DNA of 64,000 bases from assembly GCA_951406725.2 (NCBI GenBank), contig OX597815.1:171120001-171184000 (forward strand), in the 5' to 3' direction. This DNA comes from Octopus vulgaris (taxonomy: Eukaryota). The notes below the pieces were generated by a model. That model did not search any database and had not been told where the DNA came from. It saw only the letters and a list, made by a program, of their open reading frames with translations. Position numbers and translations under genes: made by a program. This document shows, piece by piece, positions 37,872-51,606 of the stretch (within the stretch, counting starts at the first letter, position 1; the number at the start of each line of letters is the position of its first letter).

Positions 37872-39069
37872 ACTACTAAATCAGATCTCCCACAAAATAA
37901 CTTGTGATTACAATTCTAAATTTTTATGATTATTCTTTGTTTAAAAAAATACCGAGTCTTTCTATTACTTGTTTTAATCATTGTTACGGCGGTCATGTAA
38001 GTAACACATTGAAATCAATTAAATCGTTTCCAGTACTTATCTTCCGTCTGGTACCTATTCAACCGGTTTCATCCTACCGAACCAATAAATTTCGGGGACA
38101 TAAACAACCGACACCAGATGTCAGGCTGTGTAAGGTAAACACAAGGACACATACTCATACACTCATACATAAGTACACACTCACACATATATGTATACAC
38201 GCACACACAAGCACATATATAATTATAGTATATCTACCATATATACGTACGTATGTATTTATATATGTATGCATTTATGTATGTATGTATGTATGTATGT
38301 ATGTATGTATGTATGTATGTATGTATGTATGTATACGCACGCAGTGAGCTTCTGTGAAGTTTACGTCGACCAAATTCATTAGCAGAGAATCTTTAGATAG
38401 ATATACATTTTGAAAAAAAAAACTGTAGTAAAATACGGACTTGTAATATTTTAAACCAGCACCTGACTATGATATGGTAATCTTAATAGCATTCATATCA
38501 ATCTGTATCTATCTTCCAATATACCCGCTCCTTTATTTTAACTATAGCGCAATCTCATTTTAGCTTTAAGCTCTCAACGAATGTATCAACTAACTTAAAT
38601 CAAAAATTTTACTCACTTTCCCAGATAGATGTACTCTCTGGTAGTTATCTTTCAGAAAAGTTTCAAGCGTAATATAGATTTCACAAATGTATCAGCTACT
38701 ATAGTTTAATATTACTAATTCAATTTCATTTTACTTTAATTTACTTATAGCTCCCACACCAAATCCGTTCATACAAATTTTTCCCTTTCTCTTCCTTTCA
38801 TATAGCTACCTTCTTCGGTCATCCAATTAAACATTTTATTAAATATTGATGCTTTTTATATTCAGTCTCCCGTGCCATCCAGTTTGATGTCTTATCTAAT
38901 ATTGACTTTTCTAATCACATTCTTTCCCTTAAAGTAATTTAAATCTCATTATAAAACACAATTATTTGTAGAATTTACCTTTGCACAGTTAGCAATACAT
39001 ATACATAAGAAATAGCAGCTGATCAAAACCTGTTAGAAGCACATGATCTTTTTCCCTCTGTCTGTCTGC

Positions 39070-39107
<38 letters not shown>

Positions 39108-39161
39108 TACACACACACACGCACACATACTCTCTCTCTCTCACTCTCGTTGTATATATAT

Positions 39162-39410
39162 ACAGGATGCAGCCAAATAATCTGACATAATTGTAGGTTT
39201 AATGAGTACAAAATAGAGTAAAGAACAAAAAATGTGTTCTTATTTTCCAAATGTACATATGATGCCATTTTGTCTCATTTGGTTTTAAAAATTAAATCAT
39301 TCATGTGGGTACCTGCCGTCACTGTCCACACACTGTCGAAAAGGTTCAGGAAAGTTGTTCCATAACTCGACGGGTCGTTTTATCTACAATAGTTCCCGTT
39401 GTTTTTAGAG
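39162..39410 (-). pseudogene. Tc1/mariner-superfamily transposon 3' end
   Basis: TA-cagg terminus; C-terminal 'RVMEQL..RQCVDSDGRY' resembles the 'RV..NF..RL..C...DG.H' ending. Confidence 0.45.
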
Positions 39411-39463
39411 CGGTATGTCCCTCTTTCTTGCCGCGTTACGATAATCATAAATACAGACGGTTC

Positions 39464-41156
39464 GGTCCCCGCTCTGTATGTATTGGTTCTTGACCCACTG
39501 CTGCGAAGGTTGGAGGCTACGGGGGGAGACCCGTGTGATCTATATTATGGTAGAGGAGCGACGGTACATGCGGATGATGTCACCATCATCGTGTCTGATG
39601 AAAGGTAGCTACCTCGTGTAGAAGACTCCATCAAAAGATATGAAGCGGTGGCAGCAGCAAAAGTTAACCAGGAAAAATCAGTCGCTTGCAACTCGGCACC
39701 TGGAGGGGCAAGGCGATGCCTCCCAACAACTTCGTGGGACGTTGGACGGAGGGCCCGGTTAAACTGCTCGGGGTCTTGTTTGGACTGGACCTCCAGATGG
39801 AGAAAAGCTGAAGCGAGGTCATAAGCAAGGTCACGGCCATAACACAGACCTGGTCTGGGAGGACGCTATCCTTGCTAGGGAGGGCTGAGGTCGCACTGGT
39901 TTTATAGCATCTGTGATAACCTACCGCCTAACCGTTGTGCCTTTCCCCTGTGTGTGGTTGACCAAGCTGGAACGGATCCTTTCCGCTATTTGTGGAATGG
40001 GAAACTACTACGCGTTATCTGCTGCCAGAAACCGTTAGAGGGTGGATTAGGGATGCCTTGGGTGATGATGCACAAGTATGCGCTGAGCCTGAGGCATCTC
40101 TGGCTCTACCTGGATGGTGAACCGGTGTGGTCACTGCATGTCAAGTTCTTGCTATCACAGTTGATGTCCCTGCGGGACGTAGGCACATGGATCACGCGAA
40201 GACTGAAAATGAGCAAATGGCAGAGGGAGTGCAGACATGCACTATCTCTGTTCTTCTGAGCGAGCAATGCCGGCAGCGGGGCTACCATTGCGGATTTTTA
40301 AAGCAGGTTGGTAGAGCTTATGTCCAACGACGTTCTGGCTTCGATGGGTACCAGCTTGTGAACCTGTTCGGAAGAACATTCGGCTCGAGGTATCTGGATA
40401 ACTTCCAGAAATCCCTGGTCTGGTTGTGCTACCGGTCGGCCTTGCCAGTTCGAGAGAGGTTGTCAAGGCATGGTGTTGGTACCCCACCCACATGCCTGAG
40501 GTGCGGGCGTGTCAGTGAAACTGTCAAGCACGCCTTCGTACATTGTGAGGAACTGAGGTGATTGATAACCTATGTCGAACAACTGGTGTCGGAAATGGAA
40601 AGAGTACGGTTATCAACTGAGTCTATCATCAATATTGTACCGCCACCCTCCTTTAACAAGGAAAAGGAGGCGCCATTTTTCTGAAAGAGATAATATGGGT
40701 GACGCTTGGAAGAGGAACTGAGACAGGCAACTTTATCTCTGGACACGGGTTGGTTAATTTTTTTTAACTACCACCTGTCCAGGAAGATCAATCTGGAGAA
40801 GAGGTGTCTGTCTCAAAGAACATTTGAGAAAAGATGGACTAATATCGTAAGGAATCTGAGAGTGAATGGGGCCGCGCTAGTGTAGCCGGTCTGAAAGGAA
40901 AAGAAAAAAACGAAAAATTAATAATTATAAAGAGGAAAAAAGGAAAAAAAACCCAGTGGGTTTAACACAAACCCGGAAAAGACTATATATTATCATTTAA
41001 TTTTTAATTCATTTTAATTTGATTCATCATTTCGATTTCATTATACTTGATTTTTACCCCGACTAACTAATGTATAACCCCAATCCCTAAATGCTTTTGT
41101 CTTGTCCTTGTGCGGTCCCCTCTATGCTAGCCATGTATTGGCAATAAAGAATTTAG
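39464..41156 (+). mobile_element. Tx1/L1-clade LINE, 5'-truncated ORF2 (RT + zf-RVT) with 3' UTR
   Basis: 'PALYVLVLDPLLRRL', 'HADDVTII', 'GGLGMP', 'ALPVRERLSRHG..TCLRCGRVSETVKHAFVHC'; stops and frameshifts; 3' end 'ggcaataaagaatttag'. Confidence 0.9.
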
Positions 41157-41654
41157 TTGGTGAAGGGAGCTTGGCGAGATGACCAGGAACAGAGACGACT
41201 AATGTTTATCACTAGCTCACTTTAGAATGACAAGTGTCATTTTAAGTGTCATTTTGTCTTTCTCGGCGGCTGCTGAAATAACAGGCAGAACGACGACATA
41301 AACAGTCAACAACAACACAAGAGGGAAGAGGTAAGAGTGACCTCCCTTTTGTTTTGATCGTCTTTCGAGGATTTGCAATGAACCAAGGAACATCACTTAT
41401 CTTTAAGAACTGATATGTATATTCAGCTATTTGTTACAGCTCTGCGTTTGAACTCTGGTATTTTGTGATGACTTGTGTTTCGGACTCAAATGATTATAAC
41501 AGCTTTGAGCTGCCTTCGATCTGTATCCTTTATGCTATTCATCTTTACTAAATACATCCGAGGCTCTTACGTATCTGACAGTTTACTGCTTTGGTGCCGC
41601 ATTAATAGTCCCAGTATTACGAATGTTCTGTTAAAGGCAGAATCATGACCACGA

Positions 41655-41838
41655 CGGACACAATGCTAAGTGGCAATTCTTCCAGCTTTTTGTTCTGAGT
41701 TCAAAATTTGTCGAAGTTAACCTTGCCTTTCATCCTTTCGGTGTCGATAAAATAAGTACTTGTTGTGTATTGGGGTTAATATGATCGACTATCTCTGTCC
41801 CCCAAAGCTTCAAGCCTTGTCGATACCATAGGAAGGAT
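41655..41838 (+). mobile_element. SINE family A (non-A tail)
   Basis: 'gttctgagttcaaaatt..ttgcctttcatcctttcggtgtcgataaaataagtac..aagccttgt'. Confidence 0.8.
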
Positions 41839-42175
41839 TATTGGTTTTCTGTTTCTAAGGTGGTTTGCAATTTTGTTTCTAATAACAGTTTTCGTTTTTC
41901 ATAACAAAAACAGAAATAAATTTAACTGCTGTCTATATATCAACGTTTTGCCTGGTTTTTAATTTAATCACCATTTTTTAAAATACTAATCCTTCGTATT
42001 CCGCAAAAACATTCTCTTCTAATCATCTCAGCGATTTTCATTGGATTAAGGAGGATGCATGAATATCTGTGCGTATGTGTGCGTGACCATGCGAGAGAGA
42101 GAGAGTACATATATACATGCACACACACACATACATACATACATAAATACATTATTTATTTATTTATTTATTTAT

Positions 42176-42471
42176 GTGCCCTTTTCAAGCCTAGCCAGGC
42201 TCATTTTCCCGGTTTCTATGGCGTATGTGTTCCCCCCGGCTAACTGGACGCCAGCCCATCGCAGCGTTACTCAAGAAACAGGAAGAAAGAGTGAGAGAAA
42301 GTTGGGACAAAAGAGTACAACAGGGGTCGCCACTCCCACCCTCTTCCGGAGCCTCGCGGAACTTTAGGTGTTTTCGCTCAATAAACACACACAACGCCCG
42401 GTCTGGGAATCGAAACCGCGATCCTCCGGCCGCGAGTCCGCTGCCCTAACCACTGGGCCATTGCGCCTCCA
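42176..42471 (-). mobile_element. SINE family B variant, full length, (TTTA)n tail
   Basis: Head tggaggcgcaatggcccagtggttagggcagcggactcgcgg..gtttcgattccc; tail shared with 3631-3896 ('gaaaccgggaaa..tgagcctggctaggctt'). Confidence 0.92.
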
Positions 42472-42481
42472 CTACACACAC

Positions 42482-42561
<80 letters not shown>

Positions 42562-43546
42562 GTATATGAAATATGCATACGTACACATACCTAATATTTA
42601 TAATAAGGTCGTGGTACGGCTGCAGTGCTTAGGTTCATACAGGTGGTTGGTGATAGTGATCGTGGTGGTCGTCGTGGTGATGATGTTATGTGGAAATGTG
42701 GTTGTGGTGCTGGTGTTGTTGTGGTGACGGTGGTAGTTGCTGTGATAATAACAGAAGTGTTTTTAACTAAGACTACGACAAACCAAGGAATTATACTAAA
42801 AAGAATTGTGAGATAAATGAAGACAAGGATCGTAACGAGAGTGATTTTTAGCTGTTGCTATCATCATTTGAAACCATGTCGTCACACAGTGAATAGATGA
42901 ATGACCAAAACCATTTCAGTGGTTAGCGCCTTAAAAGAATGTTAGCTTTATTTCAGAAATTTTGGCTGCTGTTTCTAGTCGGTTGAAAGCTGCACATAGC
43001 CTCTCTTGTTAGTTCAGCTGTTATATAGTTTTGGCAATAATAATAATGCAGTTTTTCAATCACTTGCAGCTGTTGAACATTATGCACATGTAAACGCATA
43101 CACATATACACAATGCCATAAATGTATTTGCATATTAAGTGTACACACATCTTGATGTTTGAAATCACATGCACATAATGCACGCATATGCGCATGCGTT
43201 CATGTGGTCTTATCATTGATGCAGATGGAATCTTTAGATGTATTCGTTGAAGCAAATGTGAAGTATATGCTAACGTTGTGTTGCCATACGCAGCCCCATT
43301 ATCACCTTAACGCAATCTAACGCTAATGAAACTGAGAAAAAAAAACAGTTTCAAGATTTGCGATTGTTCTTTGATTGCGCTATGTTACACATTCTTACAA
43401 GCAGTCTACATGGAATTGCAGCCATATAATTTTGATTGCGTGATTACGATAACCGACGAACGAACACTGTTTTTTTCTCATTGTTGCTCGATCTGCTGTA
43501 AACAGCAGCCAAATGCCTATCGAATTACTCTGAAACATCTTTGAAA

Positions 43547-45035
43547 GATGGCTTAGTGGTTAGGACGTTGGACTCATGAAAGCAAGATTTTAGTTTCGAT
43601 TCCTGAACCGGGCGAAGCGGTGTGTTCTTGAGCAAAACACTTCCCTTCATGTAGCTCCAGTCCACTGAGCTTATAAAGCTCAATAATTATGTGACCGACG
43701 TCTTGTCCAGGTAGGAATATACGAGGGTGGGCAGAAAAGTTCATAGGCTGACTATGTCGAATGATGCTACAGCTCTGAAATCTTGCATGCATTAATTTCA
43801 AATCTTATTAATAAGTACATTGTGTCTTTCCAGGTAAACTGACATCTCAGTTTTCAAAGAAGATTTCAAAGAGCGACTCCTCTTGAAAATGGACAAAATT
43901 CAGCATCGTGGAGTTATCAAGTACCTGCAGAAAAAGGGTTTTCCCTCCAAGGATATACATGTTGACATGGTTACTATATTAGTGGGATGACGCTGCAGCA
44001 TTATCAACAGTGCAAAAGTGGGGGACTGAAATTAAAAGGGGAACGGAGAGTCTTGAAGATGACTCAAGGTCTGGACGTCCTGCAACTGCCACGACTGAGG
44101 GAAACAATGATTGTATTCACCACATGGTGATGGATGACAAGTGGTTAACTATAAATGAAATAGTCAATGCTGTTAGCATATCTTGCGAGAGAATATTCTG
44201 CACAATTAACATAGCATGACGAAGATTTCTGCTTGGTAGATGCAACGTCTTTTGGCACCTGATCCAAAGCGCATCAGGCTGATCATACCACGAGAAAATC
44301 TGACATCATTTGAGGTAGATGCAGCTGGTTTTCGTGAACGTTTTCTAACCCAGGATAAGTGTTGGGTTAAGCCAGAGAGAAAGACACAATCCATGCTATG
44401 GCGCATCCCACTCACCTGCTCCAATGAAGGCCAAGGTCGTTTCATCTGCAGGGAAGGTGATGGCCTCGGTTTTTTGGGATGCAAAAAGCATTGTGCTTAT
44501 TGACTATCTTCAAATGACCAGACATTCAATGGAGAGTACTATGCCAACTTGCAGAAGCGCTTACGAAAGGCTATCAGGACCAAACGCCCAGGAGAACTGA
44601 CGAAAGGTGTCTTACTTCATCAGGACAATGCTCCAGCTAATGTCCTCGGTTTCAATGGCTGCTGTGACCGTGGCTTTGAACTAGTTGATCACCTTCCTTA
44701 CATTCCTGATTTCACTACATCTGACTATCATTTGATCCCCAACATGAAAAAAACACTTGGCTGGGAACTAATATCGCCGTGATGATGATGTCATATCTCC
44801 TGTTGATGACCTTTTTTGAAGAACCGAATGAAACTTTTTTGACTGATGGGATTCAAGCACTGCAACACTGATAGAAGAAGTGTGTGAACCGCAAGGGGGA
44901 TTATGTATGTTGAAAAACAAACCTCATTTAGTTCCTTTCCATGAGAGTATATTGGTTAGTCTATAAAGCTTTCAACCGACCCTTGTATATATTCCAGAGA
45001 AACCAAGATACCGGTCCTATGCTCCCTGCAGAGTA
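43547..45035 (+). mobile_element. SINE family B split by the mariner insertion
   Basis: Head and body 43547-43721 ('tggcttagtggttagg..gtttcgattcc..tgtccaggtaggaata') resume at 44988 ('gagaaaccaagataccggtcctatg'). Confidence 0.75.
43722..44985 (+). mobile_element. Near full-length (1.26 kb) mariner element, pseudogenised
   Basis: TA-flanked TIRs cgagggtgggcagaaaagttcataggctgac / gttagtctataaagctttcaaccgacccttg; 'SLEDDSRSGRP', 'FLTQDKCWV', 'LLHQDNAP', 'HLPYIPDFTTSDYHL'. Confidence 0.95.
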
Positions 45036-45799
45036 ACGTGGACTAACTGTCTTTAAAAGAAGGGAAGGTTACACTGTGCTATCTAGTACCACATAGCCTA
45101 TTCGCGAAAAATAGATAGAATGGCAGTAGTCGGAATTCCTTCGAGCACCGGTGTACACAACTCGGGCTGACATAGATTTAAAAGGACAACAGTTACCTCT
45201 GGATTATACACTGCCAGAAGCACCCATAAAGTATATGAATCAAATAGAATATATTATATATGACCATAATATTTGGAAAGAAATTTACAAAAGCTTGGAA
45301 GGAAATACGCATCATATCTGCAAATATACATAGCAGTAAAAAGAATATAAATTAATGACAATATTCAACTCTTAATATATGAAAATACGGTTATGTCGTT
45401 ATGAAAGCAAGTGCATAAAATGTTCAAAAATTGCGATAAAAATATCCTTAAAACATAAAAATTACAAACGCCAATGTCGGTTGTATTTCATAGCATTAAT
45501 GAATATCCAAATATCTATGCAAGAAACGTTTCACAAGTAAAAAACCAAAATTTCATAATTTACGAATCTAAATGAAATATATGTTTTCTCTAAAAAAAGT
45601 GAATATGCACTTAAATGGATAAAATCCATTTCGGAACTTGGGCAAGCTCATTATATACAATTTGTCAAGAGAGTGTTCACATCGGCCTTAATATCTGACT
45701 AGTCCACCGACACTTCATTTATATATTTCCTCTAAACTCAGATCTTACTTTGCTGTAGCTGTTATCATAACCCCATTAGGTCAAAATATGTATTTCTTA

Positions 45800-46800
45800 T
45801 ATTTCTGAAACCAACTTACATCTATTTTCTACTGCGCATCAAAACTTGACTTATGTCAGCTAAGAAGTCGGTACATCACTATTTTTCGCTGGCAACTCCT
45901 GGCTCTAAATGAGTTTCTCCTTTGACGCAAGAGAGGCATACAGAGGGGCAACTAAAACAACCCTAAGAAAGTCGTTTCACATCTTTCACACAACCAACTT
46001 CACAAGCACCAAACTTTCAACTGATTCACTTATAGATCTGTAGCATACTATGTACATAGATGGAATCAAATCCATTTGCATCTAGGGAAGTTTTCCCAGC
46101 ACAGCAATGCCTTGAAATCTACGATCATAAAAGAAAAGAAAGTGCCCGTGAATCGCAGAACCTACAAGCTCTCACACTTCACATGTCTAACAGACATTCT
46201 GTTTATTTGCTAGTATCATTGATAGATACGGTTCTGATGTACACCAAACTCGCCAATGTTTCTCAACTTGTATCTATCTTAATCTATGGGAGCACGCTGC
46301 TGTTCCATTCCCAAGGAAGGGAAATTGTCTCATCCTGTAAACAACCGACCTACCAACTTTACTTCCGAAATCTGACGGGTGAAAGTATCAGTCTTAACCA
46401 TTTCCTTTTTTTATCATATGAGTTTTCACCCAATACAATGACTAGTAAGATTTAGTAAAACAAAATCTACCGTAATAGTTTCTCATATTTCGCAATGTCA
46501 AAAAGCGATTTTGCTACCTTCAACAAGGAAAAATCTTTACTCAAACACCCTTTTCCTATGGTTACAAAGTTCAGTGATTCTGCCCGATGCCGTATTTTCT
46601 TGTAGATATCGACCTACAGAAATTCATACGTTGTATTCTAATACAATATGGCCCCAAATACCTTTGTGGGACTAAAATGTCATCACTATATACGACATTC
46701 ACGTTCCACATTGAAGTAGAAAACCAACACAGAAAGCCTAATACCTCTAATTACAACCAGATCAGGTTTGCACGGCCTTTATCACAGTGTGGAGGAGAGC
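45800..46800 (+). pseudogene. Possible very old CR1/L2-group LINE remnant
   Basis: Only faint colinear traces of RT motifs ('G.VFP', 'SNR..V.LL', 'DLQK'). Confidence 0.25.
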
Positions 46801-46934
46801 TAATAACATAAACTCATGCATCCTGTATATCGAGTTCATGCGTTCATCAGTACAAAAAAGACCGAGTGGTCACGGCTAAAATGGCTTTATGATTCGTCTA
46901 CTCAATCAGGATGATTTCCAGATAAATATTTGCG

Positions 46935-47665
46935 TAAATCTGCGCGTTGCTGATGATATTGACCTGTTAGGAAGCAGTAAAGCAGAACAGCAGGAGCTCA
47001 CTACCAGACTGGAAAAAAGTATCAGGTGCATACTGGATGGAGTTTAGCCCAGAAAAAAGCAAGATCATGGCTCTCATAGTAACAACCAAAATGCAGCAAC
47101 CAATGGAGAGAGACTTGGTGAAGTGGACACCTTCATGTACTTAGGTTTACTCGGCCTAGCTTCTGCTGCCATGACAAAGCTTAAGAACAAATGTAAAAGT
47201 AATTTCATTAGTTTTCCAACACGATTCAGAGTGTGTAAGACCCTGTTGATTTCGATTCTTTTGTATGGACGTGAGAGCTGAACTCTTACTGCTGACACGG
47301 AGCGAGGAATCCAGTTATTTGAACAGAAGGTTATCAAACATCCAGGACACAGAGCATAAAAGGAACAACTTTATCAGAAAGGTTGGCAGACATGAACCAC
47401 TCCTTGCACATGTAAAAAGACGGAAGCTTGCCTGGTATGATCATGTATCTCGCCTCATCTTCCTACCCGAAACCAATCTTCAGGGTACCGTTGAGGGACA
47501 TCGAAAGAAGGCAGTCAGAGAAAATCCCAGTTTGACGGCATCAAGGCCCGGCCAGGTCACAACACAGAGAACTTGCTATGCATGTCAGAAAACAGTAACC
47601 AGTGGCAATAAAATGCCTAGAGTAGCGACCCAACGACTGGCTGCATCAGTTAAGGGATCTTGAAA
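46935..47665 (+). mobile_element. RTE-clade LINE, 5'-truncated
   Basis: 'NLRVADDIDLLGSS..ELTTRLEKS', 'KSKIM', 'FMYLG', 'SILLYGRES*TL', 'VKRRKLAWYDHVSR', 'LQGTVEG'. Confidence 0.9.
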
Positions 47666-48091
47666 ACAAATCACCGTCAGTATTGCAACACATGCTTTGT
47701 TAATCACACATCCGAAAGTTACAGAGGAATTGAATTCTATAATATCTGACTGAGCTAATTTGCAGAAATGTTTGTCGTGAACTCATTCAAACCATTCTAA
47801 TACTGATGGTTCCGTAATGGGAGAGAGATTACGTTATGCGAATACTTTCAGAGTTTTCAAATCCGAGTTATGCAGCTAACCAATCATATTCCCTTTCAGA
47901 TTTCGTCGAATCAATGTTTTAATTTATGTTGAAGCCTTTTCAAACATTTTCTCTGCTTAAATGCACTAAACACTTCCTTCTATTTTACATAATCGACTGA
48001 AAATTGGCCACGAAAAGCTAAGATAAACATTCTTGACGTATCAGCTTTCATAAACTATAAATCATATACACGCCCACGCACGCCTACACAT

Positions 48092-48160
<69 letters not shown>

Positions 48161-48356
48161 TACATACAAATACATATATATACACACACACACGTATACA
48201 TACATGCGTAAATACACAAGCACGCACACACACTCTTCACACACACACTCACGCGCATATATACTACATACAGTTGAAAGAGCATAAGAAAAACTTGTTC
48301 GCTACCTATTGTACATTATATACGTATATATATGCGTATATATACATATATACAAT

Positions 48357-48402
<46 letters not shown>

Positions 48403-48851
48403 AGAAGCTGATGATAATGTCCGTGAATTAAAACAGTGCAAGTCCCTATTTAATGAATATCATTTATTACGAATATTTGAAGAAAAGTGAGAAGAAAGCA
48501 ACGTTCTAACCTAATTTCTCTGAAGTGTAACAACAATCATCTATCATTTCATTTAATGGGGAAAGAAGGTTTTTATAATAAATTCTCTCAGGCGAAAATC
48601 TACTACAGTTTTCCACAATAGATCAGACTGCAACCGTATGGTTTCATCGATGGCCTTGGTAATAATATATTTAAACAAACAATGCTCCAGCATGTGCAAA
48701 TAATGTTATTGTAATCAGAGATATTGTTCAATCAATTAAATCAATATCAAGTTTTATGTTATCCACTCGGCATTTACTTGTATATACAGATGTAGTTGTA
48801 CGAGTAGTGTGCATGTGTGTGTGTGCGCGCACGTCTATGTGCGTGTGTGCA

Positions 48852-48915
<64 letters not shown>

Positions 48916-49066
48916 CGTGTAAGGGTGTGAAAACTTTTTGGTAACTTTAGAAGACACAAAGAGACTCTCTGAGCGTATCACTATCTACAGAGTAATAGGT
49001 TAACCCCAGCACACATATCGAGTACTCTTTCACCTAAATGTTTTATATAATAATATAAATAAATAA

Positions 49067-49158
<92 letters not shown>

Positions 49159-49218
49159 ATCGTTAGCCACTACACACATTTTTTCTCTCCTTGTTTCCCT
49201 CCTTGTTTTTTCTGTGTC

Positions 49219-49256
49219 TTTTTCTGTAGAAGAGCATAGGCTCAAAACGTAAAGGA
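49219..49256 (+). ncRNA. Decayed hammerhead-like motif (extra-A family) in repeat 49172-49345
   Basis: CTGTAGA-A-GAGC atag GCTC-AAAA-CG-TA-aagga; two core substitutions, so probably inactive. Confidence 0.45.
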
Positions 49257-51013
49257 CTTTTTCTATTCCTGAGCGTTATACTAATACGTCTGTTTGTTTT
49301 GTACACCGCCTGTCTTCGTCTTTTGTTTTTTTCGTAAACTCTCCCTATATATATGTGCATATATGGGTAGAGAACGTCACCAACTGTGTAAACAACATAA
49401 AGTACGAAAACAAACGTGTTAAATACGCAAACAACGAGAGAAAAATGGTAAATAGGACTAGTAAACAGAGAACGATCCTTCATCAGTTGTCGGCTGTCTA
49501 TCTATCCCTCATTTCGAGCATTGATATATGCAAGGAGGGCGCGATACGACACAACATATTGATTACGATGTTTCCAGATCAACACCAATATTTTAAATTA
49601 AGAATGTACAAAATTAGTCAAAAAATTAGGAAACTACACTCATTTACATTTTGTAGTAAATTAGGCAAATTGGCAACACCAGGGCAACATCGGTGAGCAG
49701 CTCTCCGTTCACAGCTCCCCGTTCACTTTATACACTAAATTTCACATTTGTCACCCCTATTAACCCATTTAGAACAGTTAGATTTTCCTATAACGCATAT
49801 TTTCCACTGAACTCAACCAGAGCATTTTCGTGTCTAGGTGCACACTTGTTTGATAGTTGAGCTCTGATTGGTTGTATGCAAATAAGTTCATAAGTGGGGT
49901 TCTGATCTCTGGTGGGAAAAAAATTTCACCTCCCGGCCACACATATATATGCAGTCACATACACATACATACACATACACACATAAGTATTTATGCATGA
50001 GTGATTGCGGTTTTATTTTAGAGTTTGTTAACCTCTTCGTTGAAAGATCATTTTATATTAAATGTTGGGAACAGCTGCTTCAAATGTATTTATATTTCTC
50101 CTCTGAACAATTTATTATAGGTAAATTGCTGGCAGACGACAGATGGCGACCTTTTGACAATAAACATTACTAACTTTTCACACAGGTAAAACGACGAAAC
50201 GACTGCTTTTATGACCTAATATGGTTGAGGATATTAATTATATTTGTCTATCGATTCGTACCAATTTCTTGAAATTAGTTTTAGTCCACAGAATATTAAA
50301 GCAAGATGTCTGTCGTCACGTTTTGTGTGATATATTTTATCTCTTTGTTTTACAAGTACAGAATCCCATATTGAAATATGGCAGAGTTACAAGTAAAACG
50401 GAAAGCAAAACATCGAAATTTGATTTAGATTACTTACGCTTCATTTTATCTAATATACATCCATACAAAATAAAAGGTTCCTACTGTTTTCTGATAACAT
50501 ATCTTATTTAATTCAATAGCAAATAAACTTTATTCATTGCTTGGAAATTAGATGAAGAAATGTAAGTATGTGTTTATGAAAATCAGATCAGAGAAAAAAA
50601 TATTCACATTCTTTATTAAAAGTATAGATTAGGAAGATAGATACTGTAAACTAAAAAGTGTTGATGCTCTCTGCAAACATCGTTATCAGATAACAAATCT
50701 TAGCAATCTTATATAGTTCTAATTTGTATTTATTTATTAGTCAATATATCAGTGTAGAAATTAAATAAAAATATACACTTGTTTTGCATCGCATGAAACT
50801 ATCACCAAATATATTGTTTTATGCCGCTTCCCGAAAAATAGAAGATGTCCACCGATTTTTATGACCTTTCTAGACTGAAATATAAGGATAGCTGCGTAAA
50901 TTCAATTCTGTTTAATATTCGATTAGTTTTGTGTTGTACATCACTTCAAGAGAAAACATTGATACTAGAAGAACAATACAGGTTGAGAAACCTGTTTCTT
51001 TTCCACGATCAGA

Positions 51014-51062
<49 letters not shown>

Positions 51063-51090
51063 AAGTCCCAAACAAGGTGAGAAGCCCGTT

Positions 51091-51156
<66 letters not shown>

Positions 51157-51174
51157 AAGTCCCAAACAAGGTGA

Positions 51175-51520
51175 GAAGCCATTTAGTGTAAGAGACTATG
51201 AAGAAGCAGAAATTTAACGAAACGAATGAATTTATTTTAAACTTGAAAGAGTTCAAGTCATGAGAAGTGGGAAAAACAATGAAATGGAAGAGTGTTCCAA
51301 AATCTGGCAATTTGACGGAAAAGCTACGACTGTAGAAAAACATCCTTATTTGCGGAAGTACAACAGCATTTGAACGAAGACACTGTGAGTTTCGAGTCAA
51401 ACAAGATGGCGCAACATCAGAGCACTTCCTGTGACAACGACAGAAAGACTAAAACTGGCGACGTCATGTCGATGCGATAAGGGCTGCAGAATTGAGACCA
51501 GAGAAGGACCAATCAATCAC
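51175..51520 (-). mobile_element. CR1-group (Crack/Daphne/L2-like) LINE 3' end with (TAG)n tail
   Basis: 'LQPLSHRHDVASFSL..YSRSF..FWNTLP..DLNSFKFKIN'; the terminal 26 bp plus (CTA)n is duplicated (51061-51086, 51155-51180). Confidence 0.8.
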
Positions 51521-51606
51521 TATACATATTATGTATAGTGAATATAAAACAATAGAACTATATATTACTGTGCTCTGTTTACTCCGAGTATAAACTTGTA
51601 AAAGAA

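Noticed and set aside
38440-39000. L1-type RT remnant (-), and a CR1-type remnant at ~62150-62520
   Set aside because: Only faint motif traces; too degraded to support a call.
42400-42471. tRNA genes at 3826-3896, 36375-36441, 42400-42471, 52840-52915
   Set aside because: A/B boxes are present but they run into SINE bodies and tails and lack a proper cloverleaf; these are SINE heads.
50121-50185. Short intron with a TACTAAC branch point
   Set aside because: Good splice signals but no convincing flanking reading frame.
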